From an uncultured Oscillospiraceae bacterium (lineage in GTDB: Bacteria > Bacillota > Clostridia > Oscillospirales > Acutalibacteraceae), in the NCBI GenBank assembly GCA_900549755.1, contig URPQ01000001.1:13947-77946 (forward strand): a stretch of 64,000 nucleotides of DNA, written 5' to 3'. Position 1 is the first letter of the stretch. Every line of letters begins with the position of its first letter. Below are positions 30,354-38,022 of the stretch, one piece after another. The position numbers were made by a program, and so were the translations under genes. The notes beneath the pieces are model-generated. The model was not told the DNA's origin. It did not search any database and saw only the letters and a list, made by a program, of their open reading frames with translations.

Positions 30354-32581
30354 TTGTTTTTCTCCGCTACCTTTGCTTTTATTTCATCTATACACCCGTG
30401 CATTGCCTCAACCACCGCCGGGTCATACATTGTTCCGGAGTTTGAGTTTATATAATCCACAACATTATCAACCTGCCATGCGTCCTTATATGAGCGCTTG
30501 GTGGTAAGCGCATCTATTGTGTCGGCAACCGTTACTATGCGCGCGTATTCGTTTATATTTTCCCCCGCAATTCCGTTGTAGCCCTTGCCGTCCCACCGCT
30601 CGTGGTGCTCGGCGGCTATTTCGGCGGCGCAACGCATAAACTCACCGTCAAAAACAGATAACAGCCGCCTGCCGTATTCGGTGTGCTCCTTAATAGTTTC
30701 GCGTTCGCTTTCCGAAAGCAGACCCGTTTTGTTTGTAATTTCGGTAGGTATTGCCGTTTTGCCTATATCGTGCAGCATTGCCGCGGCAGCTACCGTATTG
30801 CATATTTCTTGGGGATAGCCCATTTTTCGCATAAGCAAATCGGTATAATACGCCACGCACTCAATGTGGTCGGGGTTGTTTCCGGCGGCTGTCTCGGTAT
30901 CGGCTGCAAGCTGTGTGAATGCTTCTATTTTCGTCTTTTCCGTATCCTCATACTGTGAAAAGCGCGATAAAGCAACCTCGGTGCAGGTGTAAACCGTATC
31001 CATAATGCTTGTGAAAAAGTGTGAAAGCCCGTTGCTTAAATTTTCAAAATGGAAAAAAACGGCGGGATTACCGTTTTCGGTAAATACAAAATCAAAATAA
31101 GCGTCGGCAAAAACGCAAAGCCTGCCGCTTTCGGCGCACCGTTTTTCTATTATTTCATAGTTTACACCGCCCGGCAGGGAATTATAAATCTGCCTGTAGC
31201 TGCCGTTTTCCTTTACCGAAACCTCAAAGGCAATATTTTGCGCGGCGTTTTCGGTAAATATTTCGCTGCAAAGCTTAATAACGCCGTCCGCCGCCGCTTT
31301 ACAGACAGAAAGCTTATCGCGGCGGGAAATTATATCTGCCATAATATCCGCCGTTTCCCCCACGCATTTATCATAAGTTTCGGTTTTAAGCCTTGCTGTA
31401 TCGGCACTGTCCCTTGCAAACGCCTTTGCCGATAAAATAAAGCTGATAAAGCCCAAAAACACCAGCTCGCCTATAATTCGGCAATAGGTAAAGTTGTTTC
31501 TGAACCTGAGCGAAAACTGCATAGCGCCGCAAAGTGCATCCAGCAGCGACAGGTAGGTAAGCATTATAAAAAAGCCCGCGGCAAACTGTATTCTGTGTTT
31601 TAAAGGGCGGGCGCACCCGTAAGCGCAAGCAGCCGTGCAAATTGCCGAAAGCAGCGCCGATAAAAGCATAACCGGCCTTGCAATAACTACATTCGGTATA
31701 AAAAACGTTGCAGCGGCGGCAGCTACACTGAGCGCGGAAAAAAGAAATATTTTTTTTCCCTTAATTTCAAGCGCGGATTTTGCCGTTAACGTGAAAATTA
31801 AAATAATAAATATCTCTGTGGCGACAGCTGTATTGTAAAGCTGCGGAAAATTTATAAAATAGGTTGCACCGGTTATCGCCTGCAAAGCCGCGGCTGTGCC
31901 GTAAAGTAAAATAAGCCCCGCCGTTTTAAAGCCCGGCGCCCTGTTTTTTTTGTAAAAAGGCAGGAAAGCTGCCAAAAACAGTGCCGCTATGCCGAGCACC
32001 ACCATTATTGCGGCAAAAACCAATGCGCCGTTTACTATAAATCCGGGATTTTCGGATTTCTCGGTAATTTCGGTTGTAATTTCGGCTGAAAATGGAAGGC
32101 ACAAAGACATTTCAACCTTGGTTTCGCCGTCAGTCGCCGGCAATACCACCGCGTTATAGCGGTTGCCCACATATTCGCTTTCGCCGTAGTGATTATTATA
32201 AACCGCCTCGCCGTTAATAGCTATTTGCATAGGCGCGTAGTCAGCCCTTATAATAAGCTTACGTTCTATTGCAGCGCCGTCAAGGCTGAAACGAATGTGC
32301 ATATATTTCCCGCTTTTTTCCCTTGACATGGGCGTAAACGCATTAGCCGCGCTCCACTCAGCCCTGTTATCGGTCGGTGGCTGCTTGCTGTTTGTGTAAA
32401 TATACTCCCACGCCGGCACCGATTTACCTGATATAACCGAAGCCTCCACATGATTAAAAACATAGGTTACTGCCACTGTTACAACAAGCAAAACCGCCGC
32501 AAACTCGGCTAAAAGCCAAAAGTTTGCCCCGCCTGCGGCTGTTTTTTTAATTTTTTGCAAAAAGTAGGTTACTTTACGCAT
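30350..32581 (-). CDS. 7TM-receptor with extracellular domain and C-terminal HD-GYP c-di-GMP phosphodiesterase domain
   Basis: HD motif MLHDIGK and HHERWDGKGYNG (HD-GYP signature); N-terminal TM, periplasmic domain, multi-TM block. Confidence 0.75.
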   Translation of the reverse strand: MRKVTYFLQKIKKTAAGGANFWLLAEFAAVLLVVTVAVTYVFNHVEASVISGKSVPAWEYIYTNSKQPPTDNRAEWSAANAFTPMSREKSGKYMHIRFSLDGAAIERKLIIRADYAPMQIAINGEAVYNNHYGESEYVGNRYNAVVLPATDGETKVEMSLCLPFSAEITTEITEKSENPGFIVNGALVFAAIMVVLGIAALFLAAFLPFYKKNRAPGFKTAGLILLYGTAAALQAITGATYFINFPQLYNTAVATEIFIILIFTLTAKSALEIKGKKIFLFSALSVAAAAATFFIPNVVIARPVMLLSALLSAICTAACAYGCARPLKHRIQFAAGFFIMLTYLSLLDALCGAMQFSLRFRNNFTYCRIIGELVFLGFISFILSAKAFARDSADTARLKTETYDKCVGETADIMADIISRRDKLSVCKAAADGVIKLCSEIFTENAAQNIAFEVSVKENGSYRQIYNSLPGGVNYEIIEKRCAESGRLCVFADAYFDFVFTENGNPAVFFHFENLSNGLSHFFTSIMDTVYTCTEVALSRFSQYEDTEKTKIEAFTQLAADTETAAGNNPDHIECVAYYTDLLMRKMGYPQEICNTVAAAAMLHDIGKTAIPTEITNKTGLLSESERETIKEHTEYGRRLLSVFDGEFMRCAAEIAAEHHERWDGKGYNGIAGENINEYARIVTVADTIDALTTKRSYKDAWQVDNVVDYINSNSGTMYDPAVVEAMHGCIDEIKAKVAEKNK

Positions 32582-32590
32582 TTTTCACCC

Positions 32591-32788
32591 CTACAAACGC
32601 GAATATTTTTCCAAAAGCTTTTTAACCTCAGGCGGGCTTTGCGCGGTGGCGGCGCTGCTGCCCGAAATATCGGGGCAGGCTTTTATAGCCTCGCCCAAAG
32701 CCTCATACGCCCGCGTCACCCGCTCAAGCGCCGCTCTCAGCTCTTTATTTTCCCTTTCAAGCTCTTCAAGCGTTTTTTCTCTGCTCAA
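32591..32788 (-). CDS. small coiled-coil protein (65 aa), hypothetical
   Basis: Heptad-like EELERENKELRAALERV; sits between the lipoprotein and HD-GYP genes; weak support. Confidence 0.3.
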   Translation of the reverse strand: MSREKTLEELERENKELRAALERVTRAYEALGEAIKACPDISGSSAATAQSPPEVKKLLEKYSRL

Positions 32789-32801
32789 TCCTTTACGCCC
32801 C

Positions 32802-33482
32802 TTATTTTGAAGAAGTCATTTTTTTAATAATCGCACGCCCCGAACTATCCTCAACCGTTAAAACGGTTTTGCCCGTTTTTTCGGTCTTAGCCGAATCGGA
32901 GTAAAACACCGTGGTAACCTTATAGGTATCGGTTCCGGCGCGTTTTATTTCGGTATCGTAGTAAATTTCGGTGCCGTAGTGCGGCTCCCACATTTCAAAC
33001 TGCTTTTTGCCACTGTTATAAAGGTCTGCCTTTGTAATATCCACCGAAACCGAGCCGAAATATTTTAAAATCTGCAATTTAATATCATCGGCAGAGGCGG
33101 TTCTCAGTCTGTTTCCGGAGCTCGGCATATCGGTAAGATTTTCATAGTAAATATGGCAAAAGGCAAACTGCACCAGCGCGTTCACCGAAATATCATCCGC
33201 CGACGAAAATTTTTCCTGCGCCAGCAAATACCGCAATTCATAGCTGCGGTGCGCAAGCGCGTCGGCGTTTATATATTCAGGAACAGGCTTATTGCTTGTT
33301 TCCCCGCCCTGCTCTTCCGAAGTAATTTCGGAAGAATTCTTTTTTATTCCGGGGTTTGTGTTGTTGCAACCCGCAAAAGTAAATATTATAAGCAGCGCCA
33401 AAAGGCACGCAAACCTTTTCATTATCATGTCTCCCAAATCTATAAAAAATCGCCGCCGCACAACCTTGCGCAGCAGCGACAA
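32802..33482 (-). CDS. lipoprotein, hypothetical
   Basis: Signal peptide with FAGC lipobox; 226 aa. Confidence 0.5.
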   Translation of the reverse strand: MSLLRKVVRRRFFIDLGDMIMKRFACLLALLIIFTFAGCNNTNPGIKKNSSEITSEEQGGETSNKPVPEYINADALAHRSYELRYLLAQEKFSSADDISVNALVQFAFCHIYYENLTDMPSSGNRLRTASADDIKLQILKYFGSVSVDITKADLYNSGKKQFEMWEPHYGTEIYYDTEIKRAGTDTYKVTTVFYSDSAKTEKTGKTVLTVEDSSGRAIIKKMTSSK

Positions 33483-33515
33483 AACCTTAAAATTTATAAC
33501 GGCTGACAGTACGGT

Positions 33516-34745
33516 TTAATAATTCCACATATAATCGGTATATGAAATTGTCAAATCATCGTTGTTCTCAATAAACACATCAGCCGAGCCGACATACTTA
33601 TGAGCAATGTATGCGTCGGACTTAATTGTTGAGCCTAACGGCAGATTTACCGAAAGACTTTCAAGCGGAGTGTTTACAACCTGCTTTATTCCGGTCTGCT
33701 TATTGTAGTCGGTCTTAAAGTGGTATCTGTAGGCCATAAAGCACTTGTTTACATCGGTTCTGAGCACCGGGTCACCCTTCGGCAAAACAAAGGTCTTGGT
33801 TTCGGGGTCAAAGCTTCTCTCATCATAGCGGTTGGATACCTTAACTGTGTAAACCACGGTACCGCAAATACCGTCGCCGTCATCCGAATATCTGTCATTA
33901 TCCCAGTTGTTAGAGCACATCTGAAATTTATATTCTTTTCCGATTTCAAGAATTATGCTTTCGCCGCCGTAGTAAACGGTGCCATCTTCAAAACGAACCG
34001 ACATTCTTTTCGGGCACACAATGCTGCCCTTAACCTCATTTTTTCCGGGTTCTCTGTCAGCGTCGGGCTTATCGGTTGCGGGCTGCTTTTTCCAGCATGC
34101 GTAAAGGGTTACGGTATTCATATTTGCCGAAAAAATAAGTTTGTCCGACGTTATAACGTCGCCCGCCTTGTATGCGGTGCCCGAACCGTCGGCAGCGGTG
34201 TTCCAACCTATAAAATCATAGCCCTCGCGGGTAAAGCCGTTTTCCTTTACGGTAGCCGAGTCGCCTTTATAATAATGAGTTCCGTCGGTTACGGCACCTG
34301 CCGCGTTATCGCAGTTAGCATCATAAAGCACGCTGCAGAAAGGAGTTACAACGCCGTCAACATGCCAGCCGTCGTCTTCCCACTTCACAACATACCAAAT
34401 GATTGACTGCCCGTCTTTAAGAGTTATACTCGGCGCGCTTACAATAATTTTTTCGATGCTTGCGCCGGTTTCATCATAAATTCCGTCCAAATTACTGTTG
34501 GTAATTGTTATTTTACCCCAGCCTGCTGCCATATAATTTTTTGACGGCTGCGACGCTGTTCCTACCGGAACCTCAAGACCTTCGTTAAGTAAATAGAACC
34601 TTGCGTCAACGGTTCTTGACCAATTGCTGCCGTGACCGGGATAGTAATCCCAATCCTCCCAGCTGTATGCCTCTGCCGATGCGGTTACGCCGAAAATGCC
34701 CAAAAGCATTGCAGCGGCAACTAATAAGGAAAATAACTTTTTCAT
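33516..34745 (-). CDS. secreted protein with Listeria-Bacteroides (InlB B-repeat/Flg_new) repeat domain
   Basis: Signal peptide MKKLFSLLVAAAMLLGIFGVTASA. REGYDFIGWNTAADGSGTAYKAGDVI...TLYACW repeat signature. Start moved to the ATG at 34745 because the track GTG start lies in the leader-terminator stem. Confidence 0.6.
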   Translation of the reverse strand: MKKLFSLLVAAAMLLGIFGVTASAEAYSWEDWDYYPGHGSNWSRTVDARFYLLNEGLEVPVGTASQPSKNYMAAGWGKITITNSNLDGIYDETGASIEKIIVSAPSITLKDGQSIIWYVVKWEDDGWHVDGVVTPFCSVLYDANCDNAAGAVTDGTHYYKGDSATVKENGFTREGYDFIGWNTAADGSGTAYKAGDVITSDKLIFSANMNTVTLYACWKKQPATDKPDADREPGKNEVKGSIVCPKRMSVRFEDGTVYYGGESIILEIGKEYKFQMCSNNWDNDRYSDDGDGICGTVVYTVKVSNRYDERSFDPETKTFVLPKGDPVLRTDVNKCFMAYRYHFKTDYNKQTGIKQVVNTPLESLSVNLPLGSTIKSDAYIAHKYVGSADVFIENNDDLTISYTDYMWNY

Positions 34746-34764
34746 AAACATCCGTCCTTTTAAG

Positions 34765-34821
34765 AGAAAATAAAAAAGCTGCACCTATAACGGAATTTAA
34801 AAATTCCATATAAGTGCAGCC
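34765..34821 (-). terminator. intrinsic terminator inside the 5' leader (riboswitch expression platform)
   Basis: Minus strand: GGCTGCAC-N30 (with internal ggaatttttaaattcc palindrome)-GTGCAGC then TTTTTTATTTT, just upstream of the RBS/ATG. Confidence 0.55.
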
Positions 34822-34896
34822 TGACAATCATAGCATAAAAGCCTTAGATTCATAGCTTTGCGTCACACGCTTTCGCGTGTTTTGCCTTTTAACTGT
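34822..34896 (-). promoter_or_regulatory. candidate c-di-GMP-I (GEMM) riboswitch aptamer
   Basis: Minus-strand RNA reads AAAAGGCAAAAC-ACGC-GAAA-GCGU-GU-GACGCAAAGC. This parallels the Vc2 element GGGCAAACC-AUUC-GAAA-GAGU-GG-GACGCAAAGCC element for element: GCAAA bulge, GNRA-capped 4-bp stem, GACGCAAAGC. It is followed by CUAAG/UAUG receptor-like elements and then the terminator. Confidence 0.55.
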
Positions 34897-34902
34897 AAGG
34901 TG

Positions 34903-34931
34903 ATTATATCACATCGTTTTGTAAATTGCAA
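34903..34931 (-). promoter_or_regulatory. sigma-A promoter TTGCAA-17-TATAAT driving the riboswitch leader/operon
   Basis: Minus strand: TTGCAA (34926-34931), 17-nt spacer, TATAAT (34903-34908). Confidence 0.6.
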
Positions 34932-35026
34932 GTGTTTTTTTAAATTTTTTTATTTAAAAAATCATTCTTGAAAAATAGGGTAAACGGGGGTATAATATTA
35001 ACAGTGAAATTTTAGGGGGCGATACC

Positions 35027-35578
35027 TTGGAAAAAGACGCGCTTGAAGCGGGCGTTTCCCGTATAGGCGGGCTTTTCAGCACCGCAGATATACGAATACT
35101 TATTTGCTATATTATTTCTACCATAAACGAGCCGGTTCCCGGCAGGCTTTTGGCGGATGTTTTACACTATGAGGGTATAGCCAACTGCTTTGAGGTAAAC
35201 GATTCCATAGCCGCGCTGCTGCAAAGCGGGCATTTATCGCTTGTGGATGAAAAGGAGGACACCTACACCGCAACACCGAGCGGGCGGGATATTGCCGAAA
35301 CGCTTAAAACCTCTATTCCCTTCAGTGTTAAGGACAGAGCCTACGCTGCCGCGCTTAAAATGGTTTCCCGCTTTAAAAACGCAAAGGAAAGCGATATTAA
35401 AATAACCAAGGAAGACGGAAAAACCTTTATAACCTGCTCGGCGATTGATAACGGCAAGCCCTTTATGAGCGTAAAGCTGCTTGTGGGGGATGAGGAACAG
35501 GCACTGTATATTAAAAACCGATTTTTAAACGATAACGCCATATACTCCGAAATAATTGAGCTGCTGACAAAGGAATAA
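35027..35578 (+). CDS. hypothetical cytoplasmic protein (183 aa)
   Basis: TTG start with GGGGG RBS; terminator follows; no recognisable motif. Confidence 0.45.
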   Translation: MEKDALEAGVSRIGGLFSTADIRILICYIISTINEPVPGRLLADVLHYEGIANCFEVNDSIAALLQSGHLSLVDEKEDTYTATPSGRDIAETLKTSIPFSVKDRAYAAALKMVSRFKNAKESDIKITKEDGKTFITCSAIDNGKPFMSVKLLVGDEEQALYIKNRFLNDNAIYSEIIELLTKE

Positions 35579-35586
35579 TAAAGAAC

Positions 35587-35624
35587 GCACCCATTCATTT
35601 GAATCCGAATGGGTGCATTTTTTG
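35587..35624 (+). terminator. intrinsic terminator
   Basis: gcacccattc-N11-gaatgggtgc then TTTTTTG. Confidence 0.7.
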
Positions 35625-36512
35625 TTAAAACATTTTTATCATTATCATTGAGCCGATTCCTATAATAACGCCCCAAATGCTGTAAACCGAAAGCTTTTCC
35701 TTATACATAACAGCCGCCACAAGGGTTGATATTATTGTGCCGCCGCCGTTAATAAAAGTAAACAGGAATACAGGCGGCAAAAGCGCCGTAAGCGTTGTTG
35801 CAAACTGGTTTATAACAAACACCGCAGCCGCAAGTGCTATGCCGCAAATATAAAGCGTTTTTCCAAGCTTTATATTCTCGCCCTTGTATTTTTCCGTTTT
35901 GCCCATAACAAGCGCTGTGGGCAGTCCCGCCGCGGCAACTATACCGAAGGATAAAAACGAAAACAGACTTATACTGCCGTTCGGCACATAGTGGGTATAC
36001 ATTTGCTGCGCCAGCATTGTTGTGCCGTTTGCAAGCATTGAGCCTATAAGCAAAAGAAATGTTTTAAAGTTGAAGCGGCTGTATGTATTTTTGGAATTTT
36101 TAATAAGCAGCCAGGCAGAAACAAAAAATATTGCCGTGCCTATGCCCTGCATAAGGCTTACGGGCTGGTCAAATAAAAACACACCCGCAATTATGGGAAC
36201 CAGCAGCCCCGCCGTGCCGAACATGGAAACCAAGCTTACCGTGCCGCTTTTCATTCCGTATATACTGAAAAACGTGCTGAAAAAGAGCGATACGCCCGAT
36301 AAAGCCGCTATTGAAACAGTAGGCAGGTCAAACCTGATATCTGAAATATCGGTAAGCAGAAGAATAAGCCCGAATCCAGCCGACACCGCACACTTATAAG
36401 CCGTGTATTTTACCGTGAGGGCAATATTATCCACCTCATTGCTTGAACGCTTGCTGAATATAGCCTGAACCACGCGGGCTATAAGAATTGAAAAAAGATA
36501 AACATAAATCAT
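35625..36512 (-). CDS. DMT/EamA-like 10-TM permease
   Basis: 295 aa, two 5-TM halves, hydrophobic throughout. Confidence 0.5.
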   Translation of the reverse strand: MIYVYLFSILIARVVQAIFSKRSSNEVDNIALTVKYTAYKCAVSAGFGLILLLTDISDIRFDLPTVSIAALSGVSLFFSTFFSIYGMKSGTVSLVSMFGTAGLLVPIIAGVFLFDQPVSLMQGIGTAIFFVSAWLLIKNSKNTYSRFNFKTFLLLIGSMLANGTTMLAQQMYTHYVPNGSISLFSFLSFGIVAAAGLPTALVMGKTEKYKGENIKLGKTLYICGIALAAAVFVINQFATTLTALLPPVFLFTFINGGGTIISTLVAAVMYKEKLSVYSIWGVIIGIGSMIMIKMF

Positions 36513-36614
36513 ATTGACAGACCCCCGAAAAATTTGATATTATAATATCATGGCGCGTACTGAGTTTCAACAGCTTGCGCACCGAAAAATTTTCGGTTTT
36601 CGGAGTGGTGTAAA

Positions 36615-37571
36615 ATGACCCTTTCAAAGCTGGCACGGCTTGCAAACGTTGCCGTTTCAACCGCGTCAAAGGCTTTTTCTATGAGCGACGATATAAACGA
36701 GCAAACCCGTGAAGAAATTTTCAGGGTTGCAAGGGAAAACGGCTGCTTTAAAAAATTCTTTAACGCAAAATATCCTAAATTTGTTATAGCGCTCATCTGC
36801 CCCGAGGTTGACAGCCGACATTACTCCGAGCTTTGCAGATATTTGCAGCAGCGCCTTCAAACCCGCGGGTGCGAAATATGCATTTCCTCCACGGAATTTT
36901 CAGCCGCCGCCACCGCAGATATGATAGAGTATTACGAAAAATACTCCTCTGTCGATGCTATAATTCTTATAGACCCGCCCGCCACGGTCCTGCCCCCGCA
37001 CGAAACACCTATAATATCGTTAGGCAGCAGGGCGCATAACGCCGATGTTACACTGTGCCTTGATTATATGACAGCCCTTAAAAGCGCCTTAACCGATTTT
37101 AAAGCCGCAGGTATTTCGCACATAGGCTTTATAGGCGAGCCTCACACCGTCACTAAGCTTTCGGCTTTTAAAAGCGCCGTATCGGAAATTTACGGCTTTA
37201 CAGAGGAAAAATATATATCCGTAAGTGATTTGCGTTTTGAAAAGGGCGGCTGCGCGGCAGCCCGCGCGCTTTATTCACGCGGCGCACTGCCAGAGGCGAT
37301 TATCTGCGCGTATGACGATATGGCACTCGGTGCAATGCGCTTTTTTCACGATAACGGCATTTCGGTGCCGGACGATATAAAAGTAATAGGAATGGATAAC
37401 ATTTTGCACTCGGAATATTTTGTTCCGAGCCTTTCCACCATTGACTATATGAATGAGGAAATAGCCAAAACCGCAACCGAAAGCGTTTTTGAACTGCTGG
37501 ACGGAAAAACGTCCGCTGAAATTCATAATTTTTCGGCAAGGCTTATTACCCGTGAATCCTCGCAAATTTAA
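36615..37571 (+). CDS. LacI-family transcriptional regulator
   Basis: N-terminal HTH (LARLANVAVSTASKAF) plus periplasmic-binding-protein-like sugar-binding fold. Confidence 0.8.
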   Translation: MTLSKLARLANVAVSTASKAFSMSDDINEQTREEIFRVARENGCFKKFFNAKYPKFVIALICPEVDSRHYSELCRYLQQRLQTRGCEICISSTEFSAAATADMIEYYEKYSSVDAIILIDPPATVLPPHETPIISLGSRAHNADVTLCLDYMTALKSALTDFKAAGISHIGFIGEPHTVTKLSAFKSAVSEIYGFTEEKYISVSDLRFEKGGCAAARALYSRGALPEAIICAYDDMALGAMRFFHDNGISVPDDIKVIGMDNILHSEYFVPSLSTIDYMNEEIAKTATESVFELLDGKTSAEIHNFSARLITRESSQI

Positions 37572-37574
37572 TGC

Positions 37575-37630
37575 TTGACATTTTTACTCTAATATGTTAG
37601 ACTAAAATTACACTCTAACGAATTAGAGTA
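37575..37630 (+). promoter_or_regulatory. promoter (TTGACA-17-TAGACT) with two BlaI-type palindromic operator sites
   Basis: TACTCTAA-TATG-TTAGAC overlapping the -10 region, and a perfect ACTCTAA-CGAA-TTAGAGT inverted repeat at 37613-37630 just upstream of the RBS. Confidence 0.5.
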
Positions 37631-37647
37631 AGAAAGGAGCATTTATT

Positions 37648-38022
37648 ATGAGCACACCCAAGATTTTTGAAAGCGAATACCGTTTTTGTCTTATTTTGTG
37701 GGAATATGAGCCGATAAAAAGCAGCGAGCTTGTAAAGCTTTGCAAAGATAAGCTCGGCTGGAAGCCCACCACAACCTACACCGTTATAAAGCGCTTATCC
37801 GAGCGTGGCGTTGTGAAAAACGAAAACACGGTGGTTTCGTCCCTCGTAAGCCGCGAGGAGGCACAGGCGGCGGAAATAGACGAAATGGTGGAAAAAACCT
37901 TCGGCGGCTCTTTACCTGCGTTTATAGCGGCGTTTACAAAGCACCGCAGGCTCTCAGAGCGGGAAATTGACGAAGTTCAGCAGATGATAGACCGTTTCAG
38001 GGAGGGCGAAAACAATGGGTGA
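37648..38022 (+). CDS. BlaI/MecI/CopY-family transcriptional repressor
   Basis: 124-aa winged-helix protein with characteristic N-terminus. Confidence 0.8.
   Translation: MSTPKIFESEYRFCLILWEYEPIKSSELVKLCKDKLGWKPTTTYTVIKRLSERGVVKNENTVVSSLVSREEAQAAEIDEMVEKTFGGSLPAFIAAFTKHRRLSEREIDEVQQMIDRFREGENNG

Noticed and set aside
33720-34406. 228-aa plus-strand ORF
   Set aside because: Antisense to the Listeria-Bacteroides-repeat protein gene, which has a signal peptide and a recognisable repeat domain.
34767-34784. Track GTG start of the secreted repeat protein (MQLFYFLLKGR...)
   Set aside because: Lies inside the leader terminator stem and U-tract; the ATG at 34745 precedes a canonical signal peptide and has an RBS.
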